From a virus (taxonomy: Duplodnaviria; Caudoviricetes), in IMG/VR virus record IMGVR_UViG_2721755587_000002: a DNA stretch of 64,000 bases; one strand, given 5' to 3'. Shown piece after piece: positions 55,628 through 63,558 of the stretch (position 1 is its first letter; each line of letters starts with the position of its first letter). The notes beneath the pieces are model-generated. The model saw only the letters and a list, made by a program, of their open reading frames with translations. It searched no databases and was not told the DNA's origin. Both the position numbers and the translations under genes were made by a program.

Positions 55628-55921
55628 ATGGCCGCAGGCAAGCAGCTCAAAGATTTCCCGGATGCCGCCCCCATCGGCGACGCCGATCTTCTCTACGGCG
55701 CCCAATCCGGCGCGGAAAAGCGGATGACACGCGGCGCCCTGGTCGCGCAACTGTCGTTCCCCACCTTCGCCGCCATGCAGGCCGCTCTGACGGCTGGCGC
55801 GTTCACTCTCCCTCGGAAGGTGCTCGTCATGGTGGATGAGACGTTCAACAGCATCCCGACCGAATACACCATCGACGCCAACGGCCACGGCTACCAAGTG
55901 GCGTCCATTCAAAGGTTCTAA
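55628..55921 (+). CDS. Small virion appendage/adaptor protein (putative)
   Basis: N-terminus KQLKDFPDAAPIGDADLLYGAQSG.EKRMT resembles tailspike attachment motifs. Confidence 0.6.
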   Translation: MAAGKQLKDFPDAAPIGDADLLYGAQSGAEKRMTRGALVAQLSFPTFAAMQAALTAGAFTLPRKVLVMVDETFNSIPTEYTIDANGHGYQVASIQRF

Positions 55922-55924
55922 GCG

Positions 55925-56614
55925 ATGACGACCTCCGTATTTTTCCCTGTAGGCGTTTCAAACCAGTCGACGTCGGGCACGCTGGCGGCGCTGAATGACG
56001 CCGTGACGCTCGCGACCGATTCCCTGGGCTCTGTCGGCGTCAACCTCTCCGGCACGAATGCCGGCGCGACGGTCGTGATCGAAGGGCTTATCGCCGGTAC
56101 GACCTGGGACACGATCAAGGTCTACCCCCTCGTGGCGGGCGCTGCGGGCGTGATGTCCATCACCGCAGCGGGCGATTTTGAATTCAACTGCGCCGCGTTC
56201 AAGCAGGTTCGCGCGCGGCTGTCGGTGGCTGGTTCGGGTTCCTTCTCGGCCACGCTGAATGGGACTGGTGCTGCGAAGCACATGGCGGTGAAGAATGGGA
56301 ATCCGGCGGACATGCAAGTGCAGCCGGTACCGGCCAGCATCCCGCCGACGGATCGCAGTGGTTCGATCGCCGCAGGCGGTACTGCGCAGGTGCTCATGGC
56401 GGCCAATGCCAACCGGCGCGCTTGGTGGATTCAAAACAACTCGTCGGGCGATCTTTGGCTGAATGAGATTGGCGGTACGGCGGTACTTTCGCAGCCGTCA
56501 ATCCAGATACAAGCCGGGGCGCTCTATGAAACCCCTGCGTCCTACTGCTCGCCGTCCGCCATCAGCATCATTGGCGCGACGACTGGTCAGACTTTCACCG
56601 CTCGGGAGGCTTGA
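55925..56614 (+). CDS. Beta-rich structural protein (putative)
   Basis: S/T/G/A-rich; ANRRAWWIQNNS motif. Confidence 0.7.
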   Translation: MTTSVFFPVGVSNQSTSGTLAALNDAVTLATDSLGSVGVNLSGTNAGATVVIEGLIAGTTWDTIKVYPLVAGAAGVMSITAAGDFEFNCAAFKQVRARLSVAGSGSFSATLNGTGAAKHMAVKNGNPADMQVQPVPASIPPTDRSGSIAAGGTAQVLMAANANRRAWWIQNNSSGDLWLNEIGGTAVLSQPSIQIQAGALYETPASYCSPSAISIIGATTGQTFTAREA

Positions 56615-56616
56615 TT

Positions 56617-58110
56617 ATGCCGATGTCGTTTCCGCAAAAAAGGCCTAGCCGGGTGCAAAATTGGGCGCGTAGCTTCAACAAACTGCGCGATCCATACGGC
56701 GTCATGGCCTCGCCCCCAACCATCACCCTTGGCGGCTCATCTTCTGCAATCAATGCCTTCACCTCGGGCAATGTTTCGCATCGATTCGACAATGTCAGCC
56801 TTCGGCATTCTGGATGCGTGGTCATTAATGACGGCACGAATCGCGGGGTTGGCACAGGCACCACCTTTGCCGATGGGTCAAACCAAGCGAACAATAGCCC
56901 CATTCGCACGTGCTTCGTTACGGATGAGCCTGTTTTTGAGGCGTGTTTTCGCGGGACTCAATTCGGACAGGTCGGCATTACCGTCCGCGATCTGTTGGGC
57001 GGTGATCAATATGCCGCAAAGACTCGCGCCATCTCGCTTCCGAACAGTGGAAATCCATGTTACGTCAAGTTTGACTTTGGCGATGCCGCGAATACACGCA
57101 CTTATACTTTGGCGCAGATCAGCAAAAGCGCGGGTGGATCTGGCTACGCAGTAGGCGATCAGATCACGCTAGCTGGTGGTACCGGCACTGCGGCTGTGCT
57201 GAATGTCATTCAGGTGAGCAGCGGGGCCGTCTCCCTGGTGGAAGTTCTTAACATCGGCGCCTACACGGTCGTCCCGACTGGCACCATTTCGCAAGCATCG
57301 ACCACAGGCAGCGGCACTGGCGCGACGTTCGTCAGCCCAATTTGGCTGGCGGCCTACGCCACTCGCCGCCTGCGCGAGATTGAGGTGATCTGGCATGGCT
57401 CGGGCCTCAAGTTGTATGGCATCAACGTACGCTCGCAAGGAAGCATCCTTCCGTACCCGGCGCCCCCGAATCAACCAATTTTGGCTCAGATAGGCGACTC
57501 CATCTCTAGCCTGACCTACGGCAACTATGCCGGCGAGCACATGGGCTACATCATGGCCCAAAGGCTCGGCATGGCTGATCGTTGCAAGGTAAATGCTATC
57601 GGTGGGACTGGATGGGCCACAGTCAATAGCGCAGTTACCCCAAACGGTCCGGCGTGGAGCGACGACAAGCGCATTGCTGATTTCGTTGCTATGAATGCAG
57701 ACGTGTATGTATTTTGGGGGTCGCAGAATGATGCGGCCGCCGGTTCGTCGGTAGTAACTGCCGCAGTTACTAAGGTGTTGTCCGCTCTGCGCGCCAACAA
57801 CCCGGATTGCTACCTCATTGGGCTGGGGCCTATTGTTGCGTCCGGTGCCGCAGCAACCACCTTATCTAGCGCTATCGCTGCTGGTTTTGCGGCGCAGGAT
57901 CAGACGCGTACGGCCTATATCGACTCGACTGCCGAGGGGTGGCTGATGACCACGAGCACCGGCAAGGCGACGGCGGAAACCGGGGTTGGCAATTGGGACT
58001 TCTACGTTGCATCCGACGGTGCTCATCCGGGAGGATTGGGCCGCGACTATCTCAACTATCTGGCGTCCCTGCGTGTCGCAACGACGTTGCAATCACTGGT
58101 TGGCACCTAA
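56617..58110 (+). CDS. SGNH/GDSL hydrolase-domain protein (putative virion esterase)
   Basis: Block I IGDSI, block II GGTG, block III GSQND, block V DGAHP; no signal peptide. Confidence 0.85.
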   Translation: MPMSFPQKRPSRVQNWARSFNKLRDPYGVMASPPTITLGGSSSAINAFTSGNVSHRFDNVSLRHSGCVVINDGTNRGVGTGTTFADGSNQANNSPIRTCFVTDEPVFEACFRGTQFGQVGITVRDLLGGDQYAAKTRAISLPNSGNPCYVKFDFGDAANTRTYTLAQISKSAGGSGYAVGDQITLAGGTGTAAVLNVIQVSSGAVSLVEVLNIGAYTVVPTGTISQASTTGSGTGATFVSPIWLAAYATRRLREIEVIWHGSGLKLYGINVRSQGSILPYPAPPNQPILAQIGDSISSLTYGNYAGEHMGYIMAQRLGMADRCKVNAIGGTGWATVNSAVTPNGPAWSDDKRIADFVAMNADVYVFWGSQNDAAAGSSVVTAAVTKVLSALRANNPDCYLIGLGPIVASGAAATTLSSAIAAGFAAQDQTRTAYIDSTAEGWLMTTSTGKATAETGVGNWDFYVASDGAHPGGLGRDYLNYLASLRVATTLQSLVGT

Positions 58111-58120
58111 ACAAAACCAC

Positions 58121-58148
58121 AGCCCGCCCCGAGCGGGCCTTTTCATTT
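58121..58148 (+). terminator. Intrinsic terminator
   Basis: GCCCGC/GCGGGC stem followed by a T-rich tail. Confidence 0.65.
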
Positions 58149-58160
58149 CCGGGGTCACAA

Positions 58161-58559
58161 ATGTCCGAACCAATCAGCGGCAGCGCCGCAGGCGTAGCCG
58201 GCTGGAAGCTAATCGGCGGTCTCGCCGGTGCGGGGGCCATTGGGGCCGGTCTCGCATCTCTCGTTGTGATGTGCATGATGACGCCACGTAGCAGGAAGGA
58301 ATGGGCGGTAGGGTTGACCTCGACTGTCGTCGGGTCAGCGTGCGGCGGATCTGCCGTGATCATGAAATATGGGCTGCTGGTCTGGGCGCGCGAGTACATC
58401 GGCCTGGTGGCGCTGATCGGATTGGCGTTTGCCTGTGGGTTGCCTGCGTGGGCCGTCGTCCGGTGGACCTTCAACTTCATCGAGAAGCGCGAAGGCAAGG
58501 ATCTGGGCGAGGTCGCTCAGGACGTGCGTGACGCGGTGACGGGGGGCAATCATGGCTGA
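58161..58559 (+). CDS. Holin
   Basis: Three hydrophobic segments and a charged C-terminus; overlaps the endolysin gene. Confidence 0.8.
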   Translation: MSEPISGSAAGVAGWKLIGGLAGAGAIGAGLASLVVMCMMTPRSRKEWAVGLTSTVVGSACGGSAVIMKYGLLVWAREYIGLVALIGLAFACGLPAWAVVRWTFNFIEKREGKDLGEVAQDVRDAVTGGNHG

Positions 58560-59097
58560 CGCACTCGTCACTGCCGCCCAGCTGCACGCCATCATGCCGC
58601 TCGCCGGCGCGCGGGCCGACGTGTTCGCCGTGCCGCTGGCTGCCGCGATGCTGCAGTTCGAGATCAACACGCCCACGCGGGTGGCCGCCTTCGTGGCTCA
58701 GGTCGCGCATGAGTCTGGGCAACTGCGCCTGCTGCGCGAGATCTGGGGACCAACGCCGACGCAGCGCCGGTACGAGGGGAGGGCGGACCTCGGCAACACC
58801 GAGGTGGGCGACGGCAAGCGGTTCATGGGGCGCGGCCTGATCCAGGTCACCGGCCGCAAGAACTACCTGCTGTGCGGGTTCGGGCTGCACCTGGACCTGC
58901 TGACGCATCCCGAGCTGCTCGAGCTTCCCGTGCATGCGGCGGCGTCTGCTGGATGGTACTGGCACACGCACAACCTGAATCGGTTTGCGGATGCCGGTGA
59001 CTTCGTGGGCCTGACGCGGGCTATCAACGGCGGGATCAACGGTATCGCCGAGCGGCGGGCGTTTTGGGTGAAGGCCAAGGCAGTGCTGGGCGCGTAG
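58552..59097 (+). CDS. Endolysin, glycoside hydrolase family 19
   Basis: AAFVAQVAHESG, GRGLIQVTGRKNY, INGG.NG. Confidence 0.95.
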   Translation: MADALVTAAQLHAIMPLAGARADVFAVPLAAAMLQFEINTPTRVAAFVAQVAHESGQLRLLREIWGPTPTQRRYEGRADLGNTEVGDGKRFMGRGLIQVTGRKNYLLCGFGLHLDLLTHPELLELPVHAAASAGWYWHTHNLNRFADAGDFVGLTRAINGGINGIAERRAFWVKAKAVLGA

Positions 59098-59137
59098 CCC
59101 CAGTTTTCCCTCAGCCCCACCACATTTTTCTCATTCC

Positions 59138-59160
59138 AGCCGCCTTCGGGCGGCTTTTTG
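59138..59160 (+). terminator. Intrinsic terminator (near copy of the 38594 element)
   Basis: AGCCGCC-TTCG-GGCGGCT followed by T4. Confidence 0.7.
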
Positions 59161-59176
59161 CATTTCTGAGGCCCCT

Positions 59177-59668
59177 ATGGCTGTCACCGATACCCACGAA
59201 GAGAAAGAGACCCTGGCCGTCGACGTGCTGCTGCCCGGGCACGAGGCGCGCACCACCACGCCGCTGTTCCTGCATTCCAAGAAGACGTTGATCGAGCGCG
59301 AGGGCGGGCGTTGCTTCATCTGCGGAGAGACGGCAAAAGTGAGCGGCCATCCGCTGGAGGCCCACCACCATCCCATCGAGCGCTCGCTGGCCAACATGAT
59401 CGACTGGGCCAGCGTGGCTGAATTCGCGCGCGCCGGCGCGCTGGGCCCGCACGCGGCCACATTCGACTGGGACAAGTTCGACCCGGCCGATCCCTACACC
59501 TTCGTGGACGACATGACGGTCAACGGCCTGCTGCTCTGCAAGGCCCACCACACCGGCAAGGACGAAGGCATCCACGACATGCCGTTCCCGCTTTGGATCG
59601 CACAGAAGTACGCGCGGGAAGGGTACCAATTCACGCCGACGGAGGTGATTCACCATGCTGCTTCTTGA
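59177..59668 (+). CDS. HNH-like zinc-binding protein
   Basis: CFICG..LEAHH...NGLLLCKAHH..GIH. Confidence 0.65.
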   Translation: MAVTDTHEEKETLAVDVLLPGHEARTTTPLFLHSKKTLIEREGGRCFICGETAKVSGHPLEAHHHPIERSLANMIDWASVAEFARAGALGPHAATFDWDKFDPADPYTFVDDMTVNGLLLCKAHHTGKDEGIHDMPFPLWIAQKYAREGYQFTPTEVIHHAAS

Positions 59669-60080
59669 AGCCGTCTGTGCGGCCATCAAAGCCGTCTTCG
59701 CCACGCCCGAACGGATCTTCTTTGCCACCGTGCTGATCATCCTGGCGCTGGCCGGCGGGTCGGTGCTGACCTACCGGCATGAACGCGACGTGGCGCGCAC
59801 GAAGCTGACGCAAGCCCAGGCCGACCTGGTCAAGGCCCAGGGCGACAACAAGGCGCTGGCCGGCTTGGTTGCCACCCAGAACGCGGCGGTGGCCGACCTG
59901 GAGGCGAAGGCCAAGCTGCGGCAGTACCAGGCGGCAAAGGCCGACGCCGAGGCGCAGGCGGCCCAGTCCAAGTACACGCTGCTGGCCGGGAAGATCCAGG
60001 CGCAGGTGCCTGGGTCGGATCAGTGCGCATCGCTGCACGGGCTGCGGCAGACCTTCACGACCGAGCGGGGGAAGCTATGA
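59655..60080 (+). CDS. Inner-membrane spanin (Rz-like)
   Basis: N-terminal TM segment, coiled coil and C-terminal Cys. Confidence 0.8.
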   Translation: MLLLEAVCAAIKAVFATPERIFFATVLIILALAGGSVLTYRHERDVARTKLTQAQADLVKAQGDNKALAGLVATQNAAVADLEAKAKLRQYQAAKADAEAQAAQSKYTLLAGKIQAQVPGSDQCASLHGLRQTFTTERGKL

Positions 60081-60394
60081 ATGGGCAAATTGCGCAAAAA
60101 CGCAATTCTGCGGCGCTGGCGGCACGCAGGAATATTTTGGGAATAATTTGCGCCGCGTTTTGTAGTCTGGCCGGATGCGCCGCCGCGCCGCAGGTGATCG
60201 AGAAGCCGGTGGAGGTGAGGGTGCCGGTGGCCGTGCCGTGCAAGACGGCTGAGATCCCCGAGCCGGACTGGCCGCTGGCGAAGGTGCCGGAGACGACCAG
60301 CGACTTCGAGTGGTTCCGGGCGGCGCTGGCCGAGCTGGCGTTGCGGGCGGGGTATGAGGTCAGGCTGCGGGCGGCGGTGGCGACGTGTCAGTGA
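60077..60394 (+). CDS. Outer-membrane spanin lipoprotein (Rz1-like)
   Basis: Lipobox LAGC; Pro-rich; VAVPC. Confidence 0.8.
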   Translation: MNGQIAQKRNSAALAARRNILGIICAAFCSLAGCAAAPQVIEKPVEVRVPVAVPCKTAEIPEPDWPLAKVPETTSDFEWFRAALAELALRAGYEVRLRAAVATCQ

Positions 60395-60417
60395 ACATCC
60401 ATCCTTGCGACAGATGG

Positions 60418-60456
60418 AAAAAAGGGGTGTAGGCGGCAGGGTAGACGCCTACACCC
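60418..60456 (-). terminator. Strong hairpin, probable terminator
   Basis: GGGTGTAGGCG/CGCCTACACCC preceded by A6. Confidence 0.55.
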
Positions 60457-60684
60457 TCGAGGTTTGGCAACGGGGGTCAATCTGTCGCCGAAATCAATTG
60501 TGGTGCGTTGCAGCAATCTTAGTACCCTTCCGAGGAAGGGATGCGTCGCGGAGCCGCGAGGGGCGGAGGATCTGGAGAACGAGGTGCGGGAGCGGCACGG
60601 GTGACGTGGCGCAGCAGCCTCCGGCGCGTCGCGTTGCCCCTGCGTGGCTTGCTGTGGCATCCTTCGGGGATAACGAGGGGTCAC

Positions 60685-60966
60685 ATGAACAAACTTCTAT
60701 TGCTCGGCGTCGCGGCGGCTGCCGCCTGGTTCTATTTCAAGCAAGCGCCCAAGGCTGAGCAAGCTGCTCAACCTGCCGAACCCATGATTGAAGCGACGAC
60801 ATCTCCTGCAGCTTCGCCGGTCTTTCAGTGCCAGGGGAAGCAGCATTGCAGCCAAATGGCTTCCTGCGAGGAAGCTCGTTTTTACCTGCGCAATTGCCCA
60901 GGCGTGAAGATTGACGGCGACCACGATGGCATCCCTTGCGAAGTGCCACCACTGCAGTGTTCGTAG
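60685..60966 (+). CDS. Excalibur calcium-binding domain protein
   Basis: TM anchor; CSQMASCEEA..DGDHDGIPCE. Confidence 0.9.
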   Translation: MNKLLLLGVAAAAAWFYFKQAPKAEQAAQPAEPMIEATTSPAASPVFQCQGKQHCSQMASCEEARFYLRNCPGVKIDGDHDGIPCEVPPLQCS

Positions 60967-61169
60967 ATGGCGCCGGGCCAGCGCGCGACGTGTGACACGT
61001 GGCTGAAGGCGGCCGTAGCTGCATGCCAGTGAGCTCGTGGATGGTCTAGGATCAAATCGTCGATGACGACATTGGAGACCATCATGCGTATGTCGATGCA
61101 AATTACCGGGCGTGCCGGCCACGCGATACCTGCAAATCCCAATTGGCCGAGCAAGGTGCCTGGACACCA

Positions 61170-61393
61170 ATCAGGCCCCGGCAGAGGCAACAACCCGCCG
61201 AGCAAGGGAAAGTAGATCGGGGCTGGGGCTAGTCGGCGACTTTCTTGGGGTGCTCGCCGACGTGCTCAGCCGGGCTGACCAGCGCGCGGGAATCCTGGCT
61301 GGGTACGCTGACGCCGCCCGCATCGCCGGGCAGGCCTGTGAGCGCGCATACGACGCCCTAAGCGAATCTGGACAAATCAAAGATCTTCAATGA
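61170..61393 (+). pseudogene. C-terminal remnant of a DUF2514-type Rz spanin
   Basis: VLADVLSRADQRAGILAGYADAARIAGQACERAYDAL with no TM N-terminus. Confidence 0.7.
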
Positions 61394-62051
61394 TCTCTCG
61401 CGTGCCGCGAATGAGATCGCCGACATCGCGGAGTTCGATCTTGTCCCATTGTGCATGCAGCGCTTCGTTGCGCACGGCCGCGTGGGCCTTCCAACGTTTC
61501 GCCTTCACCGGTGTGATCGTGCCCTTCTTCACGAGGGCATCGATGAGCGGATCAAGGTTTATCCCGGCCTGGGGGACGCCAGCCTTGTCGGCTGTCTTCC
61601 GGACAGCGTCCTCGAAGACAGCACTCGATAACACGGCCGATTCCGTTATTTTCCCTCGCTTGTGATAGTCCTCAGCATGATCAAGGAACTCATCAAAAGT
61701 AGATGCGGTGTAATAAAACTCCGCAGTACGAAGTAAGCCAAGATCAAGTTCTTCCGCCAAAGACCTCAACAATCCAATCGCCGCGTCCAATGCTTTCGTT
61801 GGCACTCCGGTTATGAGTGAATCGTCGCCAAGGATCTTGGCGATTTCACTTGAAAAATGCGAGTCTGAGGGTGCGGAGATTCGGATCAGATTCTGCGCAG
61901 AGGAAAGCCAAGCCCGGGAATCCTGAATTGCTGCAGTATCAGTCACCCAATATTCTCTACCGTATCTTTCGGAGCGCTTGACCGTCGCCTCGATGGCCAC
62001 GCCTCGCGCGATCAATTCATTGCATCTCTGAGAAATTTCTTCCGATTTCAT
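61377..62051 (-). CDS. DUF4145/HEPN-like protein
   Basis: SAVLSSAVFEDAVR and Rx4H motif RNEALH; lower GC. Confidence 0.75.
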   Translation of the reverse strand: MKSEEISQRCNELIARGVAIEATVKRSERYGREYWVTDTAAIQDSRAWLSSAQNLIRISAPSDSHFSSEIAKILGDDSLITGVPTKALDAAIGLLRSLAEELDLGLLRTAEFYYTASTFDEFLDHAEDYHKRGKITESAVLSSAVFEDAVRKTADKAGVPQAGINLDPLIDALVKKGTITPVKAKRWKAHAAVRNEALHAQWDKIELRDVGDLIRGTREIIEDL

Positions 62052-62109
62052 ATTTCTTTCGTCTCGGGCAGTCAGTGCTGGGTGCAAGTCTACCGCGAAT
62101 GTCTCCTGC

Positions 62110-62350
62110 CAGTTGAACCGCTCCGGAGGCACCGGCCGGCGCATTTGATTTTCACCCAGTCGCGCGGGAGCAGACGCCGGCCCGATAGGTACCACCGGCG
62201 CGCTTGCCGACGATCCCCTCCAGATTCAGCGCCAGCGCATTGGCGTAGAGCCATTTCCCATCGTCGACGTCCTGGGCATACAGCAGGCCGGCCGGCGGAT
62301 CGGCCAGCACCGGTACCCGTAGTACTTTTATGCGCGCCGATTGGACTTGC
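62110..62350 (-). pseudogene. Remnant of an ATP-dependent DNA ligase (LigD-like)
   Basis: LEGIVGKRAGGTYRAG, then RDWVKIK and VPPERF in shifted frames. Confidence 0.7.
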
Positions 62351-62442
62351 AATTGACCGAGGGCGCGCGTGTTTAGCGAGCGTTGGGGCCGAGTCTGCTC
62401 TTGTGGGGCCGGGCTAAATGAGCCGGTGCCATTCGGCACTGA

Positions 62443-63024
62443 TTAGCGGTCCTTTGCTTCCAGTCCCATGGCTCGTGCAACGGAGGCTATAAGTTCGCGC
62501 CCCACGGCGCTAAGCGGTTGCGTGTTGTCCCTATGCATTTGTTCGCGGGCGTTCTCTAGCTCCGAGCATTCCCGTTCCCATCCCGCTAAGGTCTCCTGCC
62601 ATTCCTTGACTTCTTTGTCGTGTTCCTCTGCATTGCGAACCGCGACCTCATGCCTGCTCACAGCATCCCTTTCCGCAAGCCAATAGCAAGCAGCGGCAGC
62701 CAATAGGGCCACGACCGGCCCGAACATTTGCAGGGCAATAGCAGCCACAATCAGGGTCGGAACGATAAGCGCAGCGCTGCTCCTCTTCGGCTCCGGCAAG
62801 GGCGTCGCATCCGGCCGATAATAGGCAGTGTTCGCCTTGAGCATCACTATTGCGAGATCGCAGTACTGTCGACGTAGATTGGCGTCGGTGATAAGTCGTG
62901 CCCGCTCTGACAATCCCATGTTTGGATTCGCGCCGTCCAGGCCCGCCGTCGCCACAAACTCCTTGAAGGCCTTTCTAGCAGCTTGCAAATTCTCATACAA
63001 GGAATCCCGGCTCAGTTGTTTCAT
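62443..63024 (-). CDS. Hypothetical protein with two TM segments and a coiled coil
   Basis: Hydrophobic hairpin ALIVPTLIVAAIALQMFGPVVALLAAAACYW. Confidence 0.7.
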   Translation of the reverse strand: MKQLSRDSLYENLQAARKAFKEFVATAGLDGANPNMGLSERARLITDANLRRQYCDLAIVMLKANTAYYRPDATPLPEPKRSSAALIVPTLIVAAIALQMFGPVVALLAAAACYWLAERDAVSRHEVAVRNAEEHDKEVKEWQETLAGWERECSELENAREQMHRDNTQPLSAVGRELIASVARAMGLEAKDR

Positions 63025-63072
63025 GGCGTACCCCCATGCAACTAGTTTAGCCCGTTCCAGTGGACCCGGGGC

Positions 63073-63558
63073 CTAACGACTCACAAGGCTGATGCCGACC
63101 GCAACGGTGCTGGCTGCCGCTAAGGTCGCCGACATCCATCCACAAAATTGACCAACTATATTAAGAACTCTACCGGCCTTTGGGCGATCGAAAATCCCAG
63201 CCATACTTTCCGACAGTTGCCCTGTAAGCGAGATCCTGTCTTTGACTTCACTGGCCATCCGCTCAAAACTCTTTCCGCCCAAATGCATATTGAGCACGGC
63301 CAGCAGCACTGCGAAGCCGTATCCGAGCAGAGTGGCTGGCCCAATGCATTGCGGGGTGAGCTTGTTGCTAGCCAGAAGCGTCGATACACCAGCGAATCCG
63401 GCGGCGTTGAGAATCACTAAGTGTTTTACAGTTTCCAAGTCCCATATGGACGACATTTTGGCTAACCTCGCCCACCATTCTCCAAGCGAGTCGCGGATAC
63501 GTTGACGGCGAGCAAGCTCCAACGCACACTCGTCCTGTTTCGGGTCTTGCGTGGTCAT
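63073..63558 (-). CDS. Hypothetical multi-TM protein
   Basis: Three hydrophobic segments; ATGA overlap with the SRAP stop codon. Confidence 0.7.
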   Translation of the reverse strand: MTTQDPKQDECALELARRQRIRDSLGEWWARLAKMSSIWDLETVKHLVILNAAGFAGVSTLLASNKLTPQCIGPATLLGYGFAVLLAVLNMHLGGKSFERMASEVKDRISLTGQLSESMAGIFDRPKAGRVLNIVGQFCGWMSATLAAASTVAVGISLVSR

